A DNA stretch of 64,000 nt, from contig NC_042999.1 of NCBI RefSeq assembly GCF_006345805.1, positions 49,972,001 to 50,036,000 on the forward strand, read 5' to 3'. Below the pieces are notes generated by a model. That model was given only the letters and a program-made list of their open reading frames with translations. It did not search any database and had not been told where the DNA came from. The position numbers were made by a program, and so were the translations under genes. This document shows, piece by piece, positions 1-12,269 of the stretch. The DNA is from Octopus sinensis. Taxonomy: Eukaryota. Within the stretch, counting starts at the first letter, position 1, and every line of letters starts with the position of its first letter.

Positions 1-658
1 CCAGGTAGTCTCCTTGGATTTTACCTAACTCAGGATGAGTTTTGGGTTCATCACTTTGAGCCAGAGACAAATAGACAATCCGTGCAGTGGAAACACCCGT
101 CCTCACTCGATCCAAAGAAGGCCAAACTTATTTCATCTGCAGGGAAAGGGGTGATGGCCTCAGTATTTTGGAATGCAAAAGGCATTGTATGCATTGACTA
201 TCTTCAAAAGGCCACAACATCAATAGAAAGTACTATGCAAACTTGCTGAGGCAATAATGAAAGGTTATCAAGACCAAATGCCTAGGAAACTGAAACTGAT
301 AAAAGGTTTCTTGTTTCATTAGGACAATGCTTTAGCACTCCTGTCCTTGGTCTCAATGGTTGTTGTATGGGAATATGGGTTTGAACTCGTTGATCAGCCT
401 CCCTATTCTCCTGATTTGGCCTCATCTGACTGCCATCTATTCCATTAACATGAAACAACACGATGATGTTATGTCTGTTGTTAATGACTTTTTGGAGCAA
501 CAGGATGAAAGATTATTCACCAATAGGATCCAAGCACTGCAACACCAATGACAGAAGTGTGTGGACCACATGGCAGACTAAGTCTAAAAATAAATCTCAC
601 TTGGTCTCCTTTTACGAGAGTATTTTGGTCAGCCTATGAACTTTTCAGCCAACCTTCA
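1..658 (+). mobile_element. Mariner transposon remnant: frameshifted transposase 3' half plus right terminal repeat
   Basis: Pieced translation WVHHFEPET..QWKHPSS..KKAK..SAGK.VMASVFWNAKGIV.IDYLQK, then PYSPDLASSD and DDVMSVVNDFLEQQDERLFTNRIQALQHQ; ends AGCCTATGAACTTTTCAGCCAACC. Confidence 0.9.
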
Positions 659-1419
659 TTATAGCTTTACATTTGAAGGTTAAATCTTTGATGTAAAAGT
701 ACATGCCTTTTTATTATTATTATCAAAATGAAAGAACACCAACGTGTTTAGTGACTGAAGCCATAAATGAGAAAAATAAAAATACATTTCCAATGTGTAA
801 ACTGTTTTGTTACTTGAGAACAAACCGAATGACACACTTATAAAAGCTGATTATAGCTCCAGTGCTAGAGGCATGATCATAGCTCATTAAATATGTGCAA
901 TAAATGGTTATTGCAAGAGGTAAAAAATGAAATCAGCAGCAAAGCTGAATAGATTTCTGTAACATATTTTCAAAGCAAAACCTTATAAGTTAGCTGAGAA
1001 TAGTTTCCATGAAAATCCTACAGGTAGCCATTTCTACTATTTTCGAATAGCATTTTAACTAAATAACTTTAACTTGCATCAGAAAAGATGACAGAGGTGT
1101 GTTGCATATTTCCTTCCATCACCAGTTTCTTAAGTTGATCAGCAATCTTAGCACTACTATTTGCCACCAGAGACTTGACCATCATTTCAGAAGTTTACCC
1201 ACACTTCATCCTATCATGGGAAGTTCCCAGATGATGACTTGACTGATAGAAAATTCTGGGGTGTCAGATGGGGCAATGATATCTGGAACACAGTCATAAG
1301 TCTACTCTGTCATTATTGACCCAAGACTGAATAAAAAAAAAAAAAAATATGCTGTACTTAACAATATTCTAAGTTCAAATAGAGAATGCTACACATATAG
1401 ACATACTAAACTATGTCCA

Positions 1420-1800
1420 GAAAAGGCAACCCATCTAATTGGCATAAAGTCACTTAAAGACATTCTCCAATTCTGACTCACAGACATACTGTCTCTGCTA
1501 TTTCTACCACTATTACAATGGCTTCTTCTCCACTCATGTATCCCTGTCCCAGATTTCTTTCCTCCACTTATCACTCTGATTGTGTTGAACCTCTCAGGCC
1601 TTGCACTAATCCCTACACCGAGTCCTTCTAAGAATACTGATCCTCTAGGTTTTCCTCCTAGCTTATGTCTTTTCCACAGGTGTTGACTTACAAAGTTTCA
1701 AGAAGAACATAAATGGCATGAATCTCACCAGCCCAGGAGGGCTCGCATAAACTATCGGAAACACCCATACCTTCAGACTCATCTTGTAATGGAAAAAAAT
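1420..1800 (+). mobile_element. CR1/Jockey-group LINE 3' end (degraded)
   Basis: Fragments YCLCYFYHYYNGFFS and GVDLQSFKKNINGMNL; A-rich end; related copy at about 31 kb. Confidence 0.65.
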
Positions 1801-3169
1801 AATTTCTCTTATTCTAAACAGTAGCAATAGATTTTTATTGTAAGTTTGATATTATAGATAAATTATAGAAAACTGACACGTGTGCTTCTTTAAAAAGTTA
1901 CTTCCAAACTTCTATGTATTTTTTTTTTTACCCAGAATTATCATCAATATATTATTACTTGTTGGCATGTGTGCATGTGATAATTTACAGTATTTTTTTC
2001 AATTAATTTTTAAAATTCGTGTAAAATTTGATTTTTCATGCAATTTAATAAAATTCCCAATATTTTTTTCTTTTCGGTTATTTTTATATCTTATTCAAAA
2101 ATAAAGGTTAAGATGTTTGGAAAAGTTTTACATAATTTTTGGAAATGCTAAACAGTTTCTCATATAAGAGATACAAGTATTTTTTTTCTCCAGAAATATA
2201 TGAAGTGAAAATAAAATAAAATTTAAATCTTAAATGCAAACTTATGTATAATTTTTAAATTGTTGTTTAAAATTGAAAACTTTGAATGCATATAATAATA
2301 ATTGCCTCTCAAAATTGAATAAAGAAAAGTAAAAATATCAAGGTTTTGCCAGAAAAGATTGCAGTGAAATGAAGCAGCAAAATTTATTTAAACACTGAAG
2401 GTTACAAACCTTAATTTAGCTCCATCTTATTATTTGCCTAATTTATCAGTGTTATTGTTGAATGGAAAGATCGCTAATTAGCAACATTACCAATAAACAT
2501 GGCAGTGTGGTTATGGAGTTCGCTTTGCATCTATATGATTTCAGCTTCAATTATATCATGTAACATCTTATGTAAGTATCTTCTACCAGAGCCTAAGCCT
2601 TGTTAGTGAATTGACAGAAATTGTATGGGAGCCTATTGGAGTGACTATCCCTGTTCCTCATTTAAAGAGTTAAACAGTTGCCCAGTTAAAAACCAACATT
2701 TGGATACTGTATGCTTTTACTGGAGTTCACTTTGTTACAAGCATTCAAACTAGGTATCTTATTTGAGGATAACTTCTTTCTTTCCTTTTAGCAGTCTTAG
2801 AGGCATTGGAAATGGTCACGAGTACTGCATTTTCTCTTATGAGCAAAGCTTATAAAAAAAAAATACAACCCTACAAATACTTTGAGTGTACATAAGACAA
2901 CAGGCAAAATTAAGTTTCCTCAAGATGCTAAGCATTTCGTTTTTTAATGAGGTACAGAGTCACTTATGCTGTTGAGAAGCAAATGTTGATTAATTGAATT
3001 CATTCATTTAAAATCTGCTTTCTTCCCAACTGCAAGATTTCTCTCACAAATCATTGGTGAAACCAGAGCTACAGTGGAAGATATTCAGGGTAGTATGCAA
3101 CAGAAGTGAAAACAGAACCATGTGATTGTGGAGTAAACTTCATAATTCACACAGCTAAACCTAAATGTT

Positions 3170-3463
3170 TCCTGAAGCACAGCTCCCATGACTTCAGGAA
3201 ACATTTTTTCACACTGAGAGTTGCTGAAGCATGGAACAAACTGCCGACATCAGTTGTTAGTTGTCGGAGCACTGTATCCTTCAAAACTTCCATGCTTTCT
3301 GGGATTCGCCAACACTACACCTGATTTTTTCTCCCCTCCATACACACACAAGCATGTATCTGACTCATGCATTGTTCGCTTTCCAGACATTTGTACATTA
3401 CTGCATATACTTTGACAAGTTGTGGTGCACCTGAGCACTGTATACAATAATTTCATTATTATT
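3170..3463 (+). mobile_element. CR1/L2-type LINE 3' end with 3' UTR
   Basis: HSSHDFRKHFFTLRVAEAWNKLPTSVVSCRSTVSFK is a typical CR1/L2 C-terminus; ends in an ATT-rich tail. Confidence 0.8.
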
Positions 3464-3712
3464 TATATGTATATTGGTACAGCTCGAAAATCATAGCATC
3501 AAACAGATATTATGTAGTATTCTGTTCTCTTGCTGGTTACATCTATTTACATCAACTTTGGCTTTGCCTACATTCCCTTACAAAGTCAATATTAAATGTA
3601 TCAAACAAAATAATTTAATTAACTAAAAGCAATCAAGATGGTATCAGATGGCTGTAGTCCAATGACGGAAACCAGTAAAAGAATAAAAGAAGAGTATTAA
3701 TACTAAAATTTA

Positions 3713-3875
3713 TAGGAGTGGCTGTGTGGTAAGTAGCTTGCTTACCAGCCACATGGTTCCGGGTTCAGTCCCACTGCGTGGCACCTTGGGCAAGTGTCTT
3801 CAACTATAGCCTCGGGCAGACCAAAGCCCTTTGTGAGTGGATTTGGTAGATAGAAACTGAAAGAAGCCCATTGTA

Positions 3876-3931
<56 letters not shown>

Positions 3932-4140
3932 CGTGTATATGTTTGTGTGTCTGTGTTTGTCCCATCATCGCTTGACAACCAATGCTGGTGTGTTTATGTC
4001 CCCGTAACTTAGCGGTTCGGCAAAAAAGACCGATAGAATAAGTACTAAGCTTACAAAGAATAAGTCCTGGGGTCGATTTGCTTGACTAAAGGCGGTGCTC
4101 CAGCATGGCCACAGTCAAATGACTGAAACAAGTAAAAGAG
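3713..4140 (+). mobile_element. SINE family A (tRNA-like head, internal TA/TG microsatellite, AGTAAAAG tail)
   Basis: AGGAGTGGCTGTGTGGTAAG...GGTTCAGTCCCACTG head; about 20 copies in the window. Confidence 0.9.
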
Positions 4141-4415
4141 TGATGAGGAATTATGGGTAAATTGGTTAGTTTCCAATTTACTTGTTGGCTAAATTTAATG
4201 GTATGTACATAAATCATAAAGGCTATAAAAGTAGATTAGATAATTGGATTTAGGTGTAAATAGTATATACTGCTGAGCAATTAAACAGTACTAAACTAAG
4301 AAAAAGTATGAAATATTGCTAAATATTTCAAAATCATCAATATCAAGAAAAAAAAGAAGCTCCTTGCGGGTAATGTCGATGGTAATATAACGGAAACAAC
4401 AACTCTCAAATATTA

Positions 4416-4806
4416 TCTCTCTATATATAAAGCTGAAGTTGTCTGTGTGTGGCAGGTTTGGTAGCCTTCAACTAACATTATCTCCTCCGAGACCCTGTGG
4501 TGCTAGTTGACCAAAATTGAGAATATGATAAAAGAAGGCTTGCTCTTCCTTCCGTAGAAGATAAAATTCAAATCAGACCATGTTAAGACCAAAAATTATT
4601 TACATCATAAAGGTGATTTTTCTCTATGAAAATCCCTATTTTTATGATTTTTTGACTGCAGTGTTGCCATTTTTCGGTGTATTTCAATCAGAAAGATGTT
4701 CTCTTAAAGGGAATAACAAGCTATATAATGCAAAATATTTCCTTTCCAAAAATTTCAATTCTAAAGCATCGAAACAAACCTGAGCAACGCCGGGTGATAC
4801 TGCTAG
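4416..4806 (+). mobile_element. Non-autonomous Helitron-like element
   Basis: A|TC 5' end (TCTCTCTATATATAAAG), subterminal GC hairpin CCTGAGCAACGCCGGG, CTAG|T 3' end. Confidence 0.7.
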
Positions 4807-5117
4807 TATTCTGAGAACTTGCTAAATCTTTGGCAAGCAATGTCACAATTCAAACAACTTGTAGGAGTCCATTTTCACTATGTTAGCAAGATTATCTATA
4901 ATTCCAGTTACTTCATCAGCAGCAGCATCCTTATTTCAACATCTACTTCTCCATTGCTTGCAGAGAGAATTTACAGAGACAAATTTTCTACAGCTGGATA
5001 ATCTTCATCTTATCACCAGCTCCCATCTGTTTCCAAGCCAGAGGATTTTTTTCCTCAGCCCAGACACTTTTTTTGTTTTTCACACATCAACATCAAAATA
5101 AACATCAAATGGAAATT

Positions 5118-5420
5118 GTAGTTGTGATACCTGCGCCGGTGGCACATAAAAAGCACCATCCGAACGTGGTCGATGCCAGCGCCGCCTTGACTGGCTTCTG
5201 TGCCGGTGGCATGTAAAAACACCAACAGATCATGGCTGCTGCCAGCCTCCCCTGTCACGTAGAAAGCACCCACTACACTCATGGAGTGGTTGGCGTTAGG
5301 AAGGGCATCCAGCTGTAGAAACACTGCCAGATCAGACTGGAGCTTGGTGCAGCCTCCTGGCTTCCCAGACCCCGGTTGAACCGTCTAGCACGGAAAACGG
5401 ATGATGAAGATGATGATGAT
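5118..5420 (+). mobile_element. RTE LINE 3' UTR copy (family B, (GAT)n tail)
   Basis: GTGCCGGTGGCAC.TAAAAAGCACC tandem units, TTAGGAAGGGCATCCAGCTGTAGAAAC, GATGAT tail. Confidence 0.8.
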
Positions 5421-5836
5421 TACTACAAGCAAATAACACCACTTGCATTACAGTGAAGCTTGTATAAGACACAGATGCATTTGCATACACACACACATGT
5501 ATTTATGTATGTAAGTATGTATGCATTCTCTCTTTCCAGCTGGGTTGGCCATGTATCTCCTCGGCAGCAAAAGACATGTTTCTGTTTCCTACCTACCATT
5601 GCACTTTAACTTTTCAATACCTGGCATAAATCCGCCTTCCTCAACATTACACCCCAACTCAATTGAGAGGTCATGTCTTGACCTCACTAGCACCAGTGCC
5701 ACAAAAGAGTACCAGGTAAATTCTGTAAAGTTGTGGTCAAAAGCATCTGACTACAGAAACCATGTAAAAGTACATATTGTAGCTCAATACAGTCCTGCAG
5801 ATCCTTTGAACTCAGGCCGGCATGGGCTATGGATAT

Positions 5837-5915
5837 TACGATGAGTTGCTGAAAAGTTCCTGGCTTCAAGAATATCATGAAAGGCCTGGTTGAAGGCCCA
5901 ACCATCCGAATTCTT
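5837..5915 (+). mobile_element. Mariner left-end fragment
   Basis: TACGATGAGTTGCTGAAAAGTTCC resembles the reverse complement of the terminal repeat at about 635-658. Confidence 0.55.
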
Positions 5916-5927
5916 TTATAAAACTGA

Positions 5928-6328
5928 AGGAGTGGTTGTGTGGTAAGTAGCTTTTTTACCATCCACATGGTTCTGGGTTCAGTCCCACTGCGTGGCACCT
6001 TAGGCAAGTGTCTTCTTCTATAGCCTCAGGTCAACCAAAGTCTTGTGAGTGGATTCGGCAGATGGAAACTGAAAGAAGCCCTTCGTATATATGTACATAC
6101 ATGCGTGTGTGTGTGTGTTTATGTGTTTGTGTTTGTCCCCCCCAACATCGCTTGACAACCGATGGTGGTGTGTTTACGGCCCCGTAACTTAGTGGTTCGG
6201 CAAAAGGGACTGATAAAATAAGTACTAGGTTTACAACAAATAAGTCCTGGGGTTGATTTGCTCGACTAAAGGCAGTGCTCCAGTATGGCCACAGTCAAAT
6301 GACTGAAACAAGTAAAAGAGTAAAAGAG
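5928..6328 (+). mobile_element. SINE family A
   Basis: Full head-to-tail match to the other copies. Confidence 0.9.
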
Positions 6329-7242
6329 AGTAATCTGAGAAGGGAATATGTGGGATAAAATCATAATTAACTGAGCCCTCTGTATTTTCTTTTACCAAAA
6401 CCCAAGAACTTTTCAGCTCACCCTTGCAAATGGTGATAGTAATGGTGGTGATGATACAGCAGACTTGTTTTTCAGTTTTTGCCAACCACATCCACTCACA
6501 AGGCTTTGGTTAGCCCAGGGTTATAATAAAAGACATTCGCCTAAGTGCCACACAATTACCACAACATTAGTGGCTCAAAACCATGTGATAGACATATGAA
6601 TTTCTTAACCACATAGCCATGTCTGTCTGTGTCCCTGTTATATTAGTTGTTTTAATTTCTCATGATAATGCTGATGTCTCAGAAAGTCAATTTAGATATC
6701 TTTCTGTCAGTAAACTAATTGTCTTGCATAAAATACAATCACACTTTCAAATGATCATAGTTGAGACATTTTCACTGATTGGCCAGCTAGTATGAAATAC
6801 TAACCAGTCAGCTAGCCAAAATGTCTATGTGCTTGTCTATCTTTAGGTATTTAGTAGGTTGTTTCCCCAATTTCTTAAAGTACAAAACTCTCAATTAGCT
6901 CAATCTAATTACTCATCACTACTTACACTAAAGTCCAATCATCTAATGTTCTTTTGTATAATTATTTACATCTCATTAAATTAAGCCAAGTAATTTGAAA
7001 TCTAACTAATTCACTATATATTTAACCTTCATTAGTTCTTTACAGAATTAATCTATAATTTTTCTAGAAACTAAGGCAGCAGCTGCATGCTTTGGAATAT
7101 ATTTTGAATTAGAATCAAATAATTTGCTAATTAGTTGTTTTTTTTTTAATTACCAATAATTTTGAAACTATTTTTTAAAAATATCAAATGTTTCGATATT
7201 CACCTCAATTATTTTTAAAAAAGTATTTTAATCTTAAATATT

Positions 7243-7805
7243 CATTTCTACTCTAAGCACAAGACCTGAAATTTTTGGGGAAGGGACCATTCGATTAGAT
7301 CAACCCCAGTACTCAATTGGTACTTAATTTATCGACCCCGAAAGGATGAAAGGCAAAGTCAGCATCGGCAGAATTTGAACTCAGAACGCAAAGACATGAA
7401 ATACTTATTTCTTTACTACCCACAAGGGGCTAAACACAGAGAGGACAAACAAGGACAAACAAATGGATTAAGTCGATTACATCGACCCCAGTGCATAACT
7501 GGTACTTAATTTATCGACCCAGTAAGGATGAAAGGCAAAGTTGACCTCGATGGAATTTGAACTCAGAATAACTATTTCTTTACTACCCACAAGAGGCTAA
7601 ACACAGAGAGGACAAACACGCACAGACAAACGGATTAAGTCGATTACATCGACTCCAGTGCATAACTGGTACTTATTTAATTGATTTGGGAAGGATGAAA
7701 GGCAAAGTCGACCTCGGCGGAATTTGAACTCAGAATGTAGCGGCAAATGAAATACCGTAAAGCATCTTGCCTGGCGTGCTAATGTTTCTGCCAGCTCGCC
7801 GCCTT
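7243..7805 (-). mobile_element. SINE family C, head-to-tail concatemer (about 3 units)
   Basis: Repeated AAGGATGAAAGGCAAAGT...GAATTTGAACTCAGAA blocks; head GGCGGCGAGCTGGCAGAAAC on the minus strand. Confidence 0.85.
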
Positions 7806-8082
7806 AGGGATACTAAATAATGCAAGAAAAATGGATATGATTTCTATAAAGAGATTTAAAGTCCTCACAAGATATTTGAATTACAAAACAAATCCTGTAT
7901 TTTCTAGTCTGAAAGAATGGTTGCCTGGTTGAATAGTTTACTTTGGAACCATATGTTTTCAGGATGCCCTTCCTTTATGTCATCTTGTGCAAGTACCTTC
8001 TTCTACAGCCTTAAGTTGGCCAATATGTGAATTTGATAGAAAAAAACTATTTGAAAGCCTGCCATATATATATATATATATA

Positions 8083-8261
8083 TTCTTTTACTCTTTTTAT
8101 TGTTTCAGTCATTTGACTGCGACCATGCTGGAGCACCACCTTTAGTGGAGCAAATTGACACCAGGACTTATTCTTTGTAAGCGTAGTAGTTATTCTATCG
8201 GTCATAAACACACCAGCATCGATTGTCAAGTGATGTTTGGGGGGACAAACACAGACACACA

Positions 8262-8303
<42 letters not shown>

Positions 8304-8464
8304 TATGACGGGCTTCTTTCAGATTCCGTTTACCAAATCCGTTCACAAGGCTTTGGTCGGCCCAATGCTATAGTAGAAGACACTTGCCCAAGGTGCCATG
8401 CAGTGGGACTGAACCCGGAACCACGTGGTTGGTAAGCAAGCTACTTACCACACAGCCACTCCTA
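8083..8464 (-). mobile_element. SINE family A
   Basis: Reverse-complement full copy. Confidence 0.9.
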
Positions 8465-8555
8465 TATAATTAAAAAAAAAATGGAGAAAAACAACAATGC
8501 AAGGACGTGGTACGTGCAAAGGATTAATAAGATGCTTAGGGAAGGAAAGAAAGGG

Positions 8556-8592
8556 TGTTTTACGTTTTGAGCAAAGATCTTCTTCAGAAACA
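8556..8592 (-). pseudogene. Decayed minimal type I hammerhead motif in a Penelope-like terminal fragment (about 8465-8760)
   Basis: Minus strand UGUUU-CUGAAGA-A-GAUC UUU GCUC-AAAAC-GUA-AAACA; stem I intact, GAAA mutated to AAAA. Confidence 0.6.
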
Positions 8593-8779
8593 AAGAAGTG
8601 CAAAAGAAAAGGAAGGCAGAGGGAAAAAAAAATCGCCTACAATCCACATGTAGTTACATTTTAGAATGACTGGAAGAAGATGGCCATACGTCCACAATCT
8701 GCTGGATGGGTATTTTCAATGCGCATATATGATAGTGTAAGTGATTTGAGATAAAAAAAAACTGGATATACAAGGCATC

Positions 8780-9315
8780 AGATGTAGTGTGCAACAAAGA
8801 GAACTGCACTGGTATGGTCATGTAATGTATATGTATGAAAACATTTGCATCAAGAAGTGCAGATCTCTAATTTTGGAGGGGATATGTGGAAGAGGTAAAC
8901 CCAGGAAGATATGGGACAAAGTGTTGAGAAAGGATTTTCAGAGAGAAGCTGATAGGGGATTGAGACTCGTGGTGAGTTGCTGTGCTTGAGCAGTCAAGTT
9001 AAGCTAAGTGAAAGCATGGTTGTCCTTGCATACATACAAGCATCCCTCTCCAACTGAACATTCCTACCAATCATGCAGGCTTATGGGAGCTAATCCCATG
9101 TAAAAAGCATTTGTACTGCTACCATATAAACACAACCATGCCAGTGCAGTGCAAAATCACCTACTACACTCTGTAAAGTAGTTGCTACTAGGAAGGGCAT
9201 CAAGTCATAGAAACTATGCCGAAACGGAGAGCTTTTCAGCTGGCCAGCTTCTGTCAAACCGTCCAACCCATGCCAGCATGGAAAACAGCCATTAAATGAT
9301 GATGATAATAATGAT
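8780..9315 (+). mobile_element. RTE LINE 3' end: ORF terminus followed by family-B 3' UTR
   Basis: QQRELHWYGHVM..CIKKCRSLILEGICGRGKPRKIWDKV followed by the degraded family-B tail and GATGAT. Confidence 0.85.
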
Positions 9316-9759
9316 GTATGTGTATGTTGCTATCAAGCAGTGTTTATGCAAACTTACGGTTAGTTAAAACATGTTTGCGACATATTTCAACTGCTAAAAG
9401 CAAATTCACTGCAGTTACCATGGAGAAAAAGTTGCTCTTATTGTAAAAAAGTGTAAAAATACCTTATTTGTCCAGTGTCACCCTCTGTCAGATTCCCAGA
9501 TATTAATGTGTCTAGTTTTTTGGTTGTTATCCATGGGAAATACCAAAGAGAGGCAACTCTGGACATACCTTATCAAAGCCATGGCTTTGACTATAATACA
9601 GTCAATGTTGACTGAATTGTGACAGTAGACCACTACACTCATGGAAATTACTGTAATATCAGTGCCAAGCAGTGTTTAGGTATAAGCAAACTTTAGGTTA
9701 GTTAAAATATGCTTGCAACACTTTTACCAGTGGAAATTGTATACATATATCTCTTTCTC

Positions 9760-9897
9760 TTTTTTCTCTTTTACTTGTTTCAGTCATTTGACTGCGGCCA
9801 TGCTGGAGCACTGCCTTTAATCGAGCAACTCGACCCTGGGACTTATTCTTTGTAAGCCCAGTACTTATTCTATCGGTCTCTTTTTGCCGAACCGCTA
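9760..9897 (-). mobile_element. SINE family A, tail fragment
   Basis: CTTTTACTTGTTTCAGTCATTTGACTGCGGCC... Confidence 0.85.
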
Positions 9898-9908
9898 AAA
9901 TATATATA

Positions 9909-9968
<60 letters not shown>

Positions 9969-9972
<4 letters not shown>

Positions 9973-10228
9973 AATCTAATATGTGACAATTATTCGGTAG
10001 CCATGATAAAACTCTGAGTTTCGGATGCTGAGGTGGTAATCCATGCCGCCATCTCTTCAGTTATCCAGCCATCGGAAGAGATGGCGGTGTGGATTTCCAC
10101 CTTGGAGTTTTATCATGGCTACCAAATAATTGTCACATATTACATTTACAGATAAATTCCTCTATTCACATAACATCGAGGTCTCTTTCTTTATTTTGTT
10201 GTCTTACCATTTTTATCAATATATATAT
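9969..10228. mobile_element. Inverted pair (foldback) of Penelope-like terminal fragments in (TA)n
   Basis: Arm 9969-10059 pairs with 10076-10150; TA-rich on both flanks; contains an HHR motif. Confidence 0.7.
10005..10065 (-). ncRNA. Type I hammerhead ribozyme-like motif (GUU triplet)
   Basis: GAUAA-CUGAAGA-GAUG..CAUC-C-GAAAC-UCAGA-GUU-UUAUC; 5-bp stem I; one extra C before GAAA. Confidence 0.6.
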
Positions 10229-11394
10229 CTATATATATATTTATATACAACAGGTTTCTTTCAGTTTCCCCTTTAACTAAATTCTGTTACAAGACTTTGG
10301 GTATCCGAGGGCTATAGCAGAAGATATCTGTCCAAGTAACTGTGTTGTAGGATTGTACTTGATGTCACATAGTTGGGAAACAAACTTCTTAATCACACAC
10401 TGCCATTTACACATATTAGATATATTTTATAAAAGAGGATTTTTAATATACTTGTGTTATTTGCTTATTCTCTATCAAACTCTTTCTCATAAAATGCTAG
10501 TGAAACTGAGTACTTTTTTTCCATTTCTTTCTTTTTTTCTTTCTTTTCTTTTTCTTTTTTTTTACTACACTTGGCTCTGATGAACAAAATGCATAAAAAA
10601 AATCATCATTCTTTTTCATATCTATTTGCTTTTATTGCCACAGAAATAGCTGTAGCTGGAAATCTTTAAGAGGACGTACAATTTCTTCATGAGAAATATA
10701 CGTGACTAACAGCCACTTAATTTAATGACAACAATTTAATAAAAGTTCAGACTTCATGCTGTGTTTGAATTTTATATAGATACTTTAAATTTTCAAGTAA
10801 TTTAATTGCAGAAAATATGTTAGTGGTTGCCCCTGCTGTTATTGTTGATGTTAGTGAGTTCCAAATCAGCTTTAATCAAGCAAACCTACCTATTAACAAA
10901 ACATTCTATCCATGACCATCTCAAACAATTTTTGAGATAGTATATCTAATGCTTTATTTTCCAATGTGTCCTTCATTTTCTAAGATGATAATATGAGAAT
11001 TGACGGTGATTTGGCAGGTATGTCTAGCAAGCGAAATGGCTACATGAAGGCTTTCTAAACTTAATATCCTTTTGTGGCTTACATGTAAGATAATTTTCCT
11101 TCTGTTGGACTTATTTTTATTAAGTCTCATTCTTTGGAAACTTGAGCGAATCATTTAATGAGCTTTTTTTTTTTTTTGTGCCAACATGGGTTGGATGGAT
11201 ATCTACCTATCTGAGGCAATATTTTCATGCCTGGGTGCTCTTTTTGTCACCAGCCCTTTCTTGTTTAACAAATGTGTTTTTTATTATTCTACTTCAAGAG
11301 TGCAGAGCTCCAGGATGTAATAACTTAAAGGGAATGTAAACATGATGACACTATTTTTCATTCAACTAAAAGAACAAAAATGACTGTTTTCATG

Positions 11395-11468
11395 CACACA
11401 CATGCAAGCATGCACACACATGCAAGCATGCACACACATGCAAGCATACACACACTCATGCACACACA
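11395..11468. repeat. 18-bp minisatellite (ATGCACACACATGCAAGC), about 4 units
   Basis: Direct reading. Confidence 0.85.
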
Positions 11469-11874
11469 CCTGAGAAGGGAATAATGGGTAAAGACAATGG
11501 AAACATGATGATAGTTGGTAAAAAGATTCAGCATGGACAGCATCATATCAGAAGGCAGATTGCTAGGAGAAAGAGAGTAACAGCATAGGGAGTATCAAAA
11601 ATGAGAGAGAGAGAGAGAGAAAGAGAGCGATGGCTTGAAAGAGTGATGATAAGGATGTGTTCAGTATGGACAACAGCCAATATGTGGCCATCCTTTTGCA
11701 ATGAAAGAGGGAGAAACTAATTGTATGGATTACTAATTAATTACAATCAGAAAAAGTACACTGATAGAGGAGAATATGGGTGACAAATAAGAAAATAATG
11801 AAGACAGAGGGATAATGGTATATGAAGACTTAATGTGAACACAAATATTAAAAGAGGTCCAAATACAGTTACAT

Positions 11875-12266
11875 AGGCGTAGGAGTGGCTGTGTGGTAAG
11901 TAGCTTGCTCACCAACCACATTGTTCCAGGTTCATTCCCACTGCGTGGCACCTTGGGCAAGTGTCTTCTACTATAGCCTCGGGCCAACCAAAGCCTTGTG
12001 AGTGGATTTGGTAGCCGGAAACTGAAAGAAGACCGTCATATATATGTGTGTGTATGTGTTTGTGTGTCTGCATTTGTCCCTGCAATATCGTTTGACTACC
12101 GATGCTGGTGAGTTTACGTCCCCGTAACTTAGCGGTTCAGCAAAAGAGACTGATAGAATACGTACTAGGCTTCTAAAGAATAAATCCTGGGGTCGATTTG
12201 CTCGACTAAAGGCGGTGCTCCAGCATGGCCACAGTCAAATGACTGAAACAAGTAAAAGAGTAAGAG
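11875..12266 (+). mobile_element. SINE family A
   Basis: Full copy. Confidence 0.9.
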
Positions 12267-12269
12267 TAT

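Noticed and set aside
1080-1330. Minus-strand polypyrimidine tract and AG acceptor near 1330
   Set aside because: All three frames stop within about 35 nt; no recognisable homology.
4860-5060. Coding-looking stretch (DAAADEVTGIIDNLANIVKMD) on the minus strand
   Set aside because: Flanked by stops, no convincing splice sites, no recognisable family.
7243-7805. CRISPR-like repeat-spacer appearance of recurring blocks
   Set aside because: Eukaryotic SINE concatemer; the apparent spacers are homologous and no cas genes are present.
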